Positions 49,422 to 58,774 of a stretch of DNA of 63,058 nt are shown one piece after another. A program made the position numbers and the translations under genes. The stretch lies in contig CAZNRP010000002.1 of assembly GCA_964575555.1 (NCBI GenBank), positions 1 through 63,058 on the forward strand, in the 5' to 3' direction. Source of the DNA: an uncultured Thiohalophilus sp. GTDB lineage: Bacteria; Pseudomonadota; Gammaproteobacteria; UBA6429; Thiohalophilaceae. The notes below the pieces were generated by a model. It saw only the letters and a program-made list of their open reading frames with translations. It had not been told where the DNA came from and did no database searches. Numbering within the stretch: position 1 is the first letter of the stretch; the number at the start of each line of letters is the position of its first letter.

Positions 49422-50432
49422 ATGACTCGCCCTTGTCACCGCATTAGCGTACTGGGTGCGGGTTCCTGGGGAACTGCGCTCGCCATGTTACTGGCAAGCA
49501 ACGGCCATGCCGTCCAGCTCTGGACACATCGTGCGGCACGTGCCGATGAAATGTTGCAGGCAGGGGAAAACCGTGCGTATTTGCCGGGTCTGGCCTTTCC
49601 CGATGCTCTGCAGGTGAGTGCCGATTTGGCAGCGGTAGTCACACATGCTGAGATCCTGCTCATTGTTGTGCCCAGCCATGTCTTTCGACAGACACTCTCG
49701 GCGATCAAGCCCTTCGTTTTAGCACAGCACAAACTTGCCTGGGCCACCAAAGGCCTGGAGCCGGATAGTCGAAAACTGCTGAGCCAGCAGGTAAAAGAAG
49801 AGCTGGGTGAGAACATCGCCACTGCGGTTGTTTCCGGCCCCACCTTTGCTCGAGAAGTCGCCCAGAAACTGCCCGGCGCGGTTACCGTTGCCGCAAGCAA
49901 TCCGGCCTTTGCCAGTGAGCTGGCCGAAGCTCTGCATGCGGATTATTTTCGTGCTTATACCGGCAGTGATGTGGTGGGCGTGGAAGTAGGCGGGGCGGTA
50001 AAAAACGTATTGGCCATCGCGGCCGGTGCAGTTGATGGTCTTGGCTTTGGTGCAAATGCACGTGCAGCGCTGATTGCCAGGGGGCTGGCCGAAGTCACCC
50101 GTCTGGGGGTGGCGCTGGGAGCGGAAACGGAAACCTTTACCGGCCTCACCGGTCTGGGTGATCTGGTACTGACCTGTACCGATAACCAGTCCCGTAATCG
50201 TCGTCTGGGTCTGGCCGTGGGTCAGGGCAAAGAGATAGCGCAGGCGATCAAGGACATTGGTCAGGTGGTGGAAGGCTTTAACACTTCTCGGGAAGTGCAC
50301 GCGCTGGCTCAAAGTTTGGGAGTGGATATGCCCATTACCGAACAAATTTGTAAGGTGCTACATCATGGCCGCTCACCCAAAGAGGCCGTGCAGGCCTTGA
50401 TGGGACGCAGCATTCGCGCCGAGCATGATTGA
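49422..50432 (+). CDS. gpsA: NAD(P)H-dependent glycerol-3-phosphate dehydrogenase
   Basis: GAGSWGTALA Rossmann motif and GAVKNVLAIAAG. Confidence 0.97.
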   Translation: MTRPCHRISVLGAGSWGTALAMLLASNGHAVQLWTHRAARADEMLQAGENRAYLPGLAFPDALQVSADLAAVVTHAEILLIVVPSHVFRQTLSAIKPFVLAQHKLAWATKGLEPDSRKLLSQQVKEELGENIATAVVSGPTFAREVAQKLPGAVTVAASNPAFASELAEALHADYFRAYTGSDVVGVEVGGAVKNVLAIAAGAVDGLGFGANARAALIARGLAEVTRLGVALGAETETFTGLTGLGDLVLTCTDNQSRNRRLGLAVGQGKEIAQAIKDIGQVVEGFNTSREVHALAQSLGVDMPITEQICKVLHHGRSPKEAVQALMGRSIRAEHD

Positions 50433-50486
50433 GTGCAGCCTATGAACAATAAAAACAATATTTTAACCGTAGAAGGTGCAGAGATA

Positions 50487-50527
50487 TTTTTCTGGTTCCC
50501 ACGCAAAGCGTGGGAACGAGGGGATTA
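50487..50527 (-). repeat. REP-like palindromic repeat, copy 4 (inverted orientation)
   Basis: Perfect 10-bp stem gttcccacgc (50495-50504), loop aaa, gcgtgggaac (50508-50517). The reverse complement reads cctcgttcccacgc...aaccagaaaaatat, matching copies 1 to 3. Confidence 0.7.
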
Positions 50528-50556
50528 TTGATCTTTACGCTAGTGGGGATAACTCA

Positions 50557-50700
50557 GCTTTGAAAAGCCTTGTAGGTTGGGCAGAGCAACACGAAGCCCA
50601 ACAGAATGCCGCACATTGTTGGGTTTCATGAAAATCATTCAACCCAGCCTACCGTACTGCGATTAGAGTTTTTGATTTTTGAAAAGTCCCGTAGGTACTC
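50557..50700. repeat. Second intergenic repeat element with nested palindromes and flanking direct repeats
   Basis: gtaggttggg (50572-81) pairs imperfectly with cccagcctac (50643-52). cccaaca pairs with tgttggg internally. Flanked by tttgaaaagccttgtaggt and tttgaaaagtcccgtaggt. Confidence 0.5.
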
Positions 50701-50713
50701 TGATTAAAATCGG

Positions 50714-51100
50714 TTAATTTTTTATTAGACGCTGCTCAACATGTTGCAGTAATTTCGCCATGGGTCCTTGCGACAGTAATAGCCCAATAAAAACCCCGGT
50801 TGTGTTCGCGGCCATATCGGCATAGGAATAAGTCCGTACTGCTGTCATTCCCTGTAAGGCTTCCAGTAGCACGCCCATCAGAATAAAGCCCAGCATCAGC
50901 CATAGGCGGGGTTTCATTTGAATATAAATTTGTGCGAACCAGCCCATTAGCAGGCCATAAGCAAGAAAATGTCCAGCCTTGTCACCGTTCTCAATGCCCG
51001 TATCGGGTGGATTTGATGTCAGGGACAGATACCAGATCAGGGCAATCAGCAGTCCGCCCAGGACTAACCAGAGCCGGGTATATTTTAGCTGCGGGTTCAT
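50714..51100 (-). CDS. VanZ family membrane protein
   Basis: 128 aa with four hydrophobic helices and a D-K-x-x-H-F context (GDKAGHFLAYGLL) typical of VanZ-like proteins. Confidence 0.7.
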   Translation of the reverse strand: MNPQLKYTRLWLVLGGLLIALIWYLSLTSNPPDTGIENGDKAGHFLAYGLLMGWFAQIYIQMKPRLWLMLGFILMGVLLEALQGMTAVRTYSYADMAANTTGVFIGLLLSQGPMAKLLQHVEQRLIKN

Positions 51101-51146
51101 ATCGTTGAGGATGGTGCAGTTGATGAGAAATCGTTGGTGGGGGCCA

Positions 51147-51911
51147 TTACATTATCCATAATAAAATCGTACCAAATATAATTCGGTATACTCCAAATCC
51201 GACAAAGGTGAAATGTTGCAGGAAACGTAAAAATAATTTAATGGTTAAATAGGCTACGATGAAAGAAGTTACAAATCCAGCCAGTAAGGCAATGAGATTA
51301 CCATCACTAAATTCCTTATAATTTTTCAACATGTCAAAACCGGCAGCGGCAGCCAGTACGGGTAGAGCCAGCAGAAAGGAAAACTCTGCGCTGGCTTTTC
51401 GATTTAAGCCAACTAGCATGGCCCCAATTATCGAGGCTCCTGCGCGACTGGTGCCCGGCACCAGGGCAAAGACCTGGGCGATGCCGATCAGAAAGGCCTG
51501 TTTATAGGTCAGTTGTTCGACTTCCTCAACATGGGCAGAACTTTCCTGGTAAAAATATTCAACAATTAAAAACACAATACCGCCAATAATGAACATGGTG
51601 CCGACGATGGATACGGTAAAAAATTCTTTGATTTGATGGTGAAACAGAAAGCCAACCAGCCCCAGCGGTATAAAAGCCAATGCTACCTTCATCCATAAGG
51701 CACGATGTGCGAAGGTAAATTTGTCTTTGTAATTGGCAACCACTGCAAGGATGGCAGAAAATTGAATAATAACTTCAAATGCTTTATTAGCTTCGGTTTG
51801 CTCTATTGATAGCCAGCTACTGGCCACTATTAGATGCCCAGTGGATGATACGGGTAGAAATTCGGTAATACCTTCGATAATGCCTAAAATTATCGCCTGT
51901 AAAATATCCAT
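51147..51911 (-). CDS. uppP: Undecaprenyl-diphosphate phosphatase
   Basis: [27 protein letters not shown] and [10 protein letters not shown] motifs of BacA/UppP. Confidence 0.95.
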   Translation of the reverse strand: MDILQAIILGIIEGITEFLPVSSTGHLIVASSWLSIEQTEANKAFEVIIQFSAILAVVANYKDKFTFAHRALWMKVALAFIPLGLVGFLFHHQIKEFFTVSIVGTMFIIGGIVFLIVEYFYQESSAHVEEVEQLTYKQAFLIGIAQVFALVPGTSRAGASIIGAMLVGLNRKASAEFSFLLALPVLAAAAGFDMLKNYKEFSDGNLIALLAGFVTSFIVAYLTIKLFLRFLQHFTFVGFGVYRIIFGTILLWIM

Positions 51912-52078
51912 GTATCTTTATTCCTCATTAATTAGCTCAATTAGGGGCAGGCAATCATTCGTTAACGTTCGGTATCTCGGTGGGAGGATAACAAGTTCTA
52001 TTAACAATATTATTGCGACTTCCTTTTTATTATTAAGTGGCTCAACACGTTGAGCACGGTTACCTAAACTTATCAGGC

Positions 52079-52113
52079 AAAAAAAACCGTCCAACCATCA
52101 GCGGTCGAACGGC
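52079..52113 (-). terminator. Rho-independent terminator after the PEP-CTERM gene
   Basis: On the minus strand, ccgttcgacc / gctgat / ggttggacgg (10-bp stem, two mismatches) is followed by eight T. Confidence 0.6.
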
Positions 52114-52146
52114 CTGTATTATAGCCAGAAAGTTTTAAACAATGGG

Positions 52147-52875
52147 TTAAGGTTTTTGTGCAATTCTAAGCATGCCAAGTAAACCAACACCAAACAGCAA
52201 AAAGGTTCCCGGCTCCGGCACAGATTCATGGTGGTAGACACCTTCAATTGTGTCATTGGCGCAGGTCATGCCCCACTTTAGGCCAATATCACCGTTAATC
52301 GCACCCAGGCTGCTCAGTAATATATTGTACTCAACATAACCGCCATAGCCGGCATTGCTAAGTTCCACGGAACTACCTGACAGTGCTGTCCCGCCGGTGC
52401 CACGTTGTACTTCCTGTCCATTGCGGAAAATATAGCGACTGGCATCAAGAAGATCATTCGAGTTGAGGATGGTAAATTCGCCACCGTACAGGGTCTTTTT
52501 GCTGGTATCGAATACAAACTCCCAGGCTTCACCGGTTAATGCATTATCTCCTGTATACGGAGCACTGCCGTAAGGATTCCAGCCGTTAGTGCTGATAAAC
52601 AGATCACCAAAATCGATACCATAGGGATCGACAGCGGCGTTGAAGTTTGTATTAACGCGAACATTCAGATAGCTGCCGGTGACATTGACATTCATGCTAT
52701 ATACTTCATAGCGTGAATTACCAATCCGATCACCATAGCCGTGATCTTCCGAGCCCCAGTAGGTATCTTCGATTACCAGTGCCGAAGCATCTTCAATAAT
52801 CAGCGCATTAGCCACACTAAAACTACATAATAAGATGAGTGTATTAAGAATGAAATGGGAGTAAATACGTAACAT
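52147..52875 (-). CDS. PEP-CTERM sorting-domain secreted protein
   Basis: N-terminal signal peptide. C-terminal VPEPGTFLLFGVGLLGMLRIAQKP gives PEP, a TM helix and a basic tail. Confidence 0.85.
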   Translation of the reverse strand: MLRIYSHFILNTLILLCSFSVANALIIEDASALVIEDTYWGSEDHGYGDRIGNSRYEVYSMNVNVTGSYLNVRVNTNFNAAVDPYGIDFGDLFISTNGWNPYGSAPYTGDNALTGEAWEFVFDTSKKTLYGGEFTILNSNDLLDASRYIFRNGQEVQRGTGGTALSGSSVELSNAGYGGYVEYNILLSSLGAINGDIGLKWGMTCANDTIEGVYHHESVPEPGTFLLFGVGLLGMLRIAQKP

Positions 52876-52985
52876 AACGCTGAATCTCTACTGACGACTA
52901 CCTGTTCAGTATGGTTGTTAGTTGACCCCCTGCCATACAACCTTAGTCGTATGGCAGGCTACTTTATGTTTAGTATTTAATTTTT

Positions 52986-53009
52986 ATGGATTTATGGATT
53001 TATGGATTT
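52986..53009. repeat. Three perfect tandem copies of the 8-mer atggattt
   Basis: Read directly at 52986-53009, about 110 nt upstream of the PEP-CTERM gene start. Confidence 0.8.
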
Positions 53010-53088
53010 CAATTGTTTGGGTGTGGTATTGGTCGTACTGATACGGCTGAAGCACAGCCTATTTGAAGTTAAGTCTTCAGCGATTATT

Positions 53089-54309
53089 TTATAATCGGTC
53101 GCGCATATCCTGCAGCATGAAGCCTGCTAACATAACATCACAGTTTTTAGTCAGCCCCATGACCTTGAAGGTTTCTCCCATTTCCTGAGGCAGGGTCAGT
53201 TTTTTAATCTGACTGCTGTATTCAAGCTGCCGCGCGGGATTGGTTTCTGCATCCAGGCCGTGGGTGATACCACTACCGAGTAAAAAATGTGCCTGAGTGG
53301 TGTAACCGTTAATATCAAGCCCAGCTTCTAATGCGGCATCGGCAATCGCGGTAAAATCAACATGTGCGGTAATGTCCTGTAGTCCCGGATAACAAAAAGG
53401 ATCATCATGCATGCGATGCCGGTAGTGACAACTCAGGCTGCCCTGATTGCGCTGTGGATGATAGTAAATCGATCGCGGTTGACCATAATCCAGTAGCAGG
53501 ATTAGCCCTGTGTTTAAATGTTTAGCGGCGTTGCTAACCCAGTCTTCTGCGGTGAATAAAATTTCAGAAACATAGCCATTTGAAAAAGGCTGGCCGGTTT
53601 GTGCTTCGATCTGTTGCACCCGCTGCATGAGTCGTGGGTTATCTGTGTTGTCGGGCTGCCAGATAAAGCGATCACCATCTAGAGTGACACAGAGTTCCTT
53701 GATATGGTTTGAGTCTATGACAAAGCGATGGGCAGGCAGGGCATCCAGTAATTCATTGGCAAGAATCACGCCGTTGAAATTATCAGGAAAGTGATCACAC
53801 CAGTGAACTCGTGCTGCCAGTTCCGGGATGCGTTCGTGAATGGTTTGTTGTTGGCGCTGACGTAACTCGGCACTGATTTCCAGAATATTATATTTTTCCG
53901 GCAGGCTTTTATTTGCCGCCAGTTGCAGCAGAATATCGGCTGCCATTACCCCGCTACCCGCGCCCACTTCCAGAATTTGGCTGTTTTCTATGTTGCTGAG
54001 AACCGGCTGTATAGCCTGCGCCAGGGTCTGTGAAAACAGAGGTGAAATTTCGGGCGCGGTAATGAAATCGCCTTCTGCTCCAAATTTGTGACTGCCCGCA
54101 CTGTAATAACCCAGTCCCGGTTCATGCAGAGCCATTTCCATATAGCGCCAGAAAGGTAGAGAGCCTCCCGCAGCCGCAATCGCACCTGCAATAGTGGCTG
54201 ATAATTTCATACTAAGGTGCTGAGCATCAGTCGAAGGTATTGGTAATGATGATAATGATTTTTGTGATGCGCGCGAGTGCGCGGGAAAATCATTCTTTTG
54301 CTGACTCAT
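53089..54309 (-). CDS. Class I SAM-dependent methyltransferase, DUF185/NDUFAF7 (MidA)-like
   Basis: FITAPEISPLF, the EVGAGSGVMAADIL SAM motif and ANELLDALP. Confidence 0.8.
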   Translation of the reverse strand: MSQQKNDFPAHSRASQKSLSSLPIPSTDAQHLSMKLSATIAGAIAAAGGSLPFWRYMEMALHEPGLGYYSAGSHKFGAEGDFITAPEISPLFSQTLAQAIQPVLSNIENSQILEVGAGSGVMAADILLQLAANKSLPEKYNILEISAELRQRQQQTIHERIPELAARVHWCDHFPDNFNGVILANELLDALPAHRFVIDSNHIKELCVTLDGDRFIWQPDNTDNPRLMQRVQQIEAQTGQPFSNGYVSEILFTAEDWVSNAAKHLNTGLILLLDYGQPRSIYYHPQRNQGSLSCHYRHRMHDDPFCYPGLQDITAHVDFTAIADAALEAGLDINGYTTQAHFLLGSGITHGLDAETNPARQLEYSSQIKKLTLPQEMGETFKVMGLTKNCDVMLAGFMLQDMRDRL

Positions 54310-54372
54310 TTAAGTGTTTTGTCCGCGTAATCTGGGTTACAGTGTGGGTCTTGGCAGGAGGATACCACAGGC

Positions 54373-55107
54373 ATGCTTAGCAACAAGGTTGCATTGATTA
54401 CTGGCGCGGCTCATCGCATTGGCGCTACCACCGCCCGACTGTTGCATGCAGAGGGGATGAACCTGGTATTGCACTATCGCAGTTCGCGTGATGCCGCGCA
54501 GGCACTGCAAAAGCAAATGCTGGCAGAGCGGCCGGGCTCCGTAATTCTGGTGCAAACCGATTTGCACAAAATTGACAACCTGCCGGCGCTGGTGAAAGAA
54601 GCCATAGACGGCTGGGGACGGCTCGATGCGTTGATTAATAATGCTTCCAGTTTTTATCCAACGCCAATCAACAAAGCCAGTGAGAAAGATTGGGATGAAT
54701 TGATGGGCACCAATCTTAAAGCGCCCTTTTTTCTTTCCAAAGCAGCTGCTGCACAACTAAAAAGAAATCATGGCTGTATCGTGAATATGGTCGATATTCA
54801 CGCGGATCGTCCGCTTAAAGCCCATCCGATTTACAGCATGGCCAAAGCCGGCCTGGTCATGATGACACGCGCACTGGCCAGCGAGCTCGGCCCGGAAGTT
54901 CGGGTTAACGGGGTGGCTCCGGGTGCGATTATGTGGCCGGAGAATATTGATGATCTGACCAAGCAGCGCATTGTTTCTCGCACCTTTCTTAAGCGCAAGG
55001 GTGAGCCGGATGACATTGCTCGCGCAATTTTATATTTAATTAAAGATGCCCAGTATACCAGTGGGCAGATTCTTACCGTTGATGGTGGCCGTAGTCTGCA
55101 TTCCTGA
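54373..55107 (+). CDS. Pteridine reductase / short-chain dehydrogenase (FolM-like)
   Basis: TGAAHRIG nucleotide motif, an NNAS segment and YSMAK catalytic residues. Neighbours folK and folB. Confidence 0.8.
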   Translation: MLSNKVALITGAAHRIGATTARLLHAEGMNLVLHYRSSRDAAQALQKQMLAERPGSVILVQTDLHKIDNLPALVKEAIDGWGRLDALINNASSFYPTPINKASEKDWDELMGTNLKAPFFLSKAAAAQLKRNHGCIVNMVDIHADRPLKAHPIYSMAKAGLVMMTRALASELGPEVRVNGVAPGAIMWPENIDDLTKQRIVSRTFLKRKGEPDDIARAILYLIKDAQYTSGQILTVDGGRSLHS

Positions 55108-55158
55108 TTTTTCAATCGTAGCAATTGGCGTATGTCTTTAACTCTGAGGAAAAGAGCC

Positions 55159-55629
55159 ATGAAATATTTTTCTGTAATTCTATCTGTTTTCATTCTATTG
55201 TTTGTTTCTACCTTATCGCATGCTCAAAGAGTCAAAGTTGGAGACTGGACCGTAGATCATGGGGTCAACTATAACGAGGCGTATATTGAAAATAGCCGGG
55301 GTCAGTCCATCGGCTTCTGGTGCAGCACGGAAGAAGATAACTGTTTTTTCTATTTGCGCATGAACAGTCATTGTGATGAAAACAGTCAGTCAGTGGTTCA
55401 GGTAAAAACCGAAGTAGGTGTGACCCCGCTGCAGCTGCTGTGCCATAAGGTTGCACATGAGGGTGACTACCATTACCTTCAATTTTTTGCGGATACGGCG
55501 CAAACTAAAATATTACTGGAAGAGCGTCATTATATAGAAATGACCCTGCCGGAAACGGGCCAGTCCAGATTCAGTCTCAAAGGTTCAAAAATCGCAATTC
55601 GCACGGTGGCTGATTTAGCCGGAAAATAA
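55159..55629 (+). CDS. Secreted hypothetical protein
   Basis: Start trimmed to ATG 55159 (MKYFSVILSVFILLFVSTLSHAQ signal peptide). No family recognised. Confidence 0.5.
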   Translation: MKYFSVILSVFILLFVSTLSHAQRVKVGDWTVDHGVNYNEAYIENSRGQSIGFWCSTEEDNCFFYLRMNSHCDENSQSVVQVKTEVGVTPLQLLCHKVAHEGDYHYLQFFADTAQTKILLEERHYIEMTLPETGQSRFSLKGSKIAIRTVADLAGK

Positions 55630-56109
55630 TAGCTCGATGGGCCATAGACGCTGAGAAGTCCGGTCATAATTGTCCCAGAGTTCCGCCATACTTTGTCCGC
55701 CCACCGGATGCCGGTAGTGTGGGTCAAGTTCCGCTAATGGCCAGAGCACAAAGGCATTTTTTGTGATTTCATCACGCGGGATTTGTAGACCGTCTTCATG
55801 GCATATCATGTCATCGTAGAGGAGCAGATCCAGATCCAGTGTCCGCGCTGAAAAGCGCGGGCCATTTCGCAGGCGGCCATGCTGATCTTCTATTGCATGC
55901 AGCACCGCAGAGACGGTTTGCACGCTTTCATCGGTATCGACACCGGCAACCATATTGAGAAAGTTATCACCTTTAAAGCCCACGGCTTCACTTTCATAGA
56001 CCGATGACAGGCGCACCTCAGTGTAGTGCCGGCGCAGTTCGGTCACGGCAAGGCGGACATGTTTTTCAGCCTCAATATTACTGCCGATGCTGATATAGAC
56101 TCGGGACAT
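55615..56109 (-). CDS. folK: 2-amino-4-hydroxy-6-hydroxymethyldihydropteridine diphosphokinase
   Basis: VYISIGSNI, PRTLDLDLLLY-like (ARTLDLDLLLY) and HPPK length. Confidence 0.93.
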   Translation of the reverse strand: MSRVYISIGSNIEAEKHVRLAVTELRRHYTEVRLSSVYESEAVGFKGDNFLNMVAGVDTDESVQTVSAVLHAIEDQHGRLRNGPRFSARTLDLDLLLYDDMICHEDGLQIPRDEITKNAFVLWPLAELDPHYRHPVGGQSMAELWDNYDRTSQRLWPIELLFSG

Positions 56110-56113
56110 ATAA

Positions 56114-56473
56114 TTAATCAGGTTTGCTGCCGCGTTCGATAATCACTCCGACATCGCGCGCACCACGTACGGCTCCTTGCTTGTTCAGACGCAGTCGCAT
56201 CCAGGGCACATGGAACTCATTCAGAATAATGTCGCAAATTCGTTCCGACAGGGTTTCGACTAACTGAAATTCACTTTCACTGACAAAGCTGATAAGACGT
56301 TTGGCCACGGCCTTGTAGTTCAGCGTGTCGACAATATCATCACTGGCCGCCGCTTTGGCAATATCGGTGGCCATTTCAATATCTAAACTGACGATCTGTT
56401 TGACTCGGCGTTCCCAGTCATAGATGCCAATAATAGTTTCAATGCGTAAATCGCTAAGGTAAATAATATCCAT
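56114..56473 (-). CDS. folB: Dihydroneopterin aldolase
   Basis: Start trimmed to ATG 56473 (MDIIYLSDLRIETIIGIYDWER). Contains a TLNYKAV segment typical of FolB. Confidence 0.9.
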   Translation of the reverse strand: MDIIYLSDLRIETIIGIYDWERRVKQIVSLDIEMATDIAKAAASDDIVDTLNYKAVAKRLISFVSESEFQLVETLSERICDIILNEFHVPWMRLRLNKQGAVRGARDVGVIIERGSKPD

Positions 56474-56564
56474 GGGGGAAAGGTACAAGATACAAGATAC
56501 AAGATACAAGGCGAGATGCTAATTTTTCTTGTATCTTTCCCCTTTTCCCTTGTACCTTTCCCTT
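56474..56564. repeat. Repeat-only divergent intergenic region: 14-bp perfect inverted repeat plus heptamer tandem array
   Basis: gggaaaggtacaag (56476-89) is the exact reverse complement of cttgtacctttccc (56549-62). A second arm, cttgtatctttcccc, lies at 56528-42. Tandem heptamers gtacaag/atacaag x4 span 56483-56510. Confidence 0.85.
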
Positions 56565-57143
56565 ATGGAAATAATTGATTACAGTCTGATCGTCTGCGCC
56601 TACCTGTTTGGATCGATCTCGGCGGCGATCATTGTCTGCCGGTTGATGGGGCTGGCCGATCCGCGCACGCAGGGATCGGGTAATCCTGGGGCGACCAATG
56701 TGTTGCGGGTAGGCGGTAAGAAGGCGGCCGCAATTACCCTTGCCGGTGATTTTATCAAGGGGTTGATTCCAGTATTGCTTGCCCAGTGGCTAGGGGTGTC
56801 CAGTTTAACGTTGGCACTGGTAGGTCTGGCCGCATTCCTGGGCCATCTGTATCCGGTTTTTTTCGGTTTTAAAGGTGGCAAAGGGGTGGCGACTCTATTT
56901 GGCGTACTGCTCGGATTGCACTGGGGAGTCGGGCTGGCTACCATTGGTAGCTGGTTGTTTGTTGCTAAAGTTCTGAAGATATCATCGTTGGCGGCACTGG
57001 TCGCCAGCCCGCTTGCGCTGCTATATATCTGGTTGCTGATTCCTTCACAGGAATTTATGTTTGCCACGGCGATCATGACCGTGTTGCTTTACTGGCGGCA
57101 TCGCAGCAATATCCAGCGGCTGCTGCAGGGTGAGGAAATATAA
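56565..57143 (+). CDS. plsY: Glycerol-3-phosphate acyltransferase PlsY
   Basis: Start trimmed to ATG 56565. YLFGSISAAIIV, GSGNPGATNVLR and FKGGKGVAT motifs. Confidence 0.93.
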   Translation: MEIIDYSLIVCAYLFGSISAAIIVCRLMGLADPRTQGSGNPGATNVLRVGGKKAAAITLAGDFIKGLIPVLLAQWLGVSSLTLALVGLAAFLGHLYPVFFGFKGGKGVATLFGVLLGLHWGVGLATIGSWLFVAKVLKISSLAALVASPLALLYIWLLIPSQEFMFATAIMTVLLYWRHRSNIQRLLQGEEI

Positions 57144-57249
57144 TGATTCCTGCCGCAGACAGGCACGGCTGAATAACACCGTTGTCGGTGCAGAATTTCA
57201 TAATAATAGGTAGGGTGGGCGACCAAAGGCTGAAGCCGTATCTACAGCG

Positions 57250-58278
57250 TTACACCGCTGGCAGGTTTTCCAGCTCCCAGCGTGGTTGCGCGCTGAAGCC
57301 GAGTGCCTCCTGTTGACCGGCGAGTAGACGCTGGCATCCAGCAAAGGCGATCATCGCGCCATTATCAGTACAAAATTCCAGTCTGGGATAGTAAATGCTG
57401 GCTCCTTGAGCGGCGGTCATGGCCTGTAGCTTTTCCCGCAGACGGGTATTGGCACTGACCCCACCGGCAATGACCAGACGATCCAGCCCGGTTTGCAGCA
57501 GAGCCCGTTTGCATTTTATTGCCAGGGTATCCACCACCGCCTGTTCGAAGGCCAGCGCCACATCGGCGCGGGTTTGTGGATCCTGAGCAGGATCATCCTG
57601 AAGTTGAGTCTGCAGGGTATTCAGCGTGAAGGTTTTCAGGCCGCTGAAACTGAAGTCCAGCCCCGGCCGGTCGACCATGGGTCGGGGAAATTTAAAGCGT
57701 CCGGGCTGGCCCTCTAGTGCCAGCTTTGAGATAAGTGGCCCGCCCGGATAACCCAGCCCCATCATTTTTGCCGTCTTGTCGAAGGCCTCACCTGCCGCAT
57801 CATCGAGGGTATCCCCGAGTAACTGGTATCGTCCCACGCCTTTAACCTGTACCAGCTGGGTGTGACCACCGGAAACCAGCAGTGCGACAAAGGGAAAGGC
57901 AGGTGGATTATTTTCCAGCATGGGTGCCAGCAGATGGCCTTCCATGTGATGCACACCCACGGCGGGGATATTCCAGGCCCAGGCCAGACTACGGCCTACC
58001 GCTGCGCCCACCAGTAAGGCTCCCATCAATCCCGGCCCGGCGGTATAGGCGATACCTTCGATATCCGCTCGCTGAATCCGGGATTTATCCATTGCCTGCT
58101 GAATCAGTGGCAATATTTTACGCACATGATCCCGCGAGGCGAGTTCAGGTACTACTCCCCCGTATTCGGCATGCAACTCAATCTGGCTGTAGAGCACATC
58201 GGCACGTAGGCCCTGCTCGCTGTCGTAGAGGGCGATGCCTGTTTCGTCACAGGAGGTTTCGATTCCAAGTATTAACAT
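57250..58278 (-). CDS. tsaD: tRNA N6-adenosine threonylcarbamoyltransferase
   Basis: [18 protein letters not shown], the [10 protein letters not shown] metal motif and GGVSAN. Confidence 0.97.
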   Translation of the reverse strand: MLILGIETSCDETGIALYDSEQGLRADVLYSQIELHAEYGGVVPELASRDHVRKILPLIQQAMDKSRIQRADIEGIAYTAGPGLMGALLVGAAVGRSLAWAWNIPAVGVHHMEGHLLAPMLENNPPAFPFVALLVSGGHTQLVQVKGVGRYQLLGDTLDDAAGEAFDKTAKMMGLGYPGGPLISKLALEGQPGRFKFPRPMVDRPGLDFSFSGLKTFTLNTLQTQLQDDPAQDPQTRADVALAFEQAVVDTLAIKCKRALLQTGLDRLVIAGGVSANTRLREKLQAMTAAQGASIYYPRLEFCTDNGAMIAFAGCQRLLAGQQEALGFSAQPRWELENLPAV

Positions 58279-58501
58279 GGCGGCTATTTTCCTGCATTTG
58301 GCGTATTTTTTCCTTTAAATTTTGCCTGCTGCTGCATTTTGTCCCCTATTTTTTAAAAAATGTTGCCGTTTCGCCCTTGTCTTCGTATTTTTTTTGCATT
58401 TGCCGGTCGGGGGGATTAAACTTGCGCGCCCTGCCTTTAACAGGCTGGGATGGATTATTTTTTATATAACTTCTCTATTATATGACTGAGGTAAATGGTA
58501 G

Positions 58502-58717
58502 ATGCCATTTGTACGCGTAAAAGAAAACGAACCCTTTGATGTCGCACTGCGCCGCTTTAAGCGCGCCTGCGAAAAAGCCGGTGTCCTGTCTGAAGTTCGC
58601 CGCCGCGAATTTTATGAAAAGCCAACTTCCATTCGTAAGCGCAAAATGGCGGCTGCTGTAAAGCGTCACCAGAAAAAAGTGTCTCGCGAACGCGCCCGCA
58701 CCAAACGCCTCTATTGA
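58502..58717 (+). CDS. rpsU: 30S ribosomal protein S21
   Basis: [28 protein letters not shown]... is near-canonical S21. 71 aa. Confidence 0.97.
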   Translation: MPFVRVKENEPFDVALRRFKRACEKAGVLSEVRRREFYEKPTSIRKRKMAAAVKRHQKKVSRERARTKRLY

Positions 58718-58774
58718 TTTCTGTGTTCCTGCTATGATGGCAGGATACATGTATTCCCTGGTATGAGTAGCATT

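Noticed and set aside
49436-50345. Long antisense ORFs (154 and 208 aa) opposite gpsA
   Set aside because: The gpsA frame has unmistakable motifs. The antisense products are low-complexity (Ala/Arg/Gly/Thr-rich), as is typical for the opposite strand of a GC-rich gene.
54337-54756. 139-aa minus-strand ORF opposite the pteridine reductase gene
   Set aside because: The SDR motifs (TGxxxxIG, YxxxK) are on the plus strand. This is an antisense artefact.
56483-56510. Heptamer tandem array considered as a CRISPR-like or coding repeat
   Set aside because: The units are 7 bp with no spacers and the array is only 28 bp long. It is not a CRISPR array, and it lies between two start codons.
56114-56565. 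Track-proposed N-terminal extensions of folB (to 56509) and plsY (from 56529)
   Set aside because: Both extensions read through the palindromic spacer and give mirror-image peptides (MYLVSCILYLSP / MYLSPFPLYLSL). The internal ATGs give canonical FolB and PlsY N-termini.
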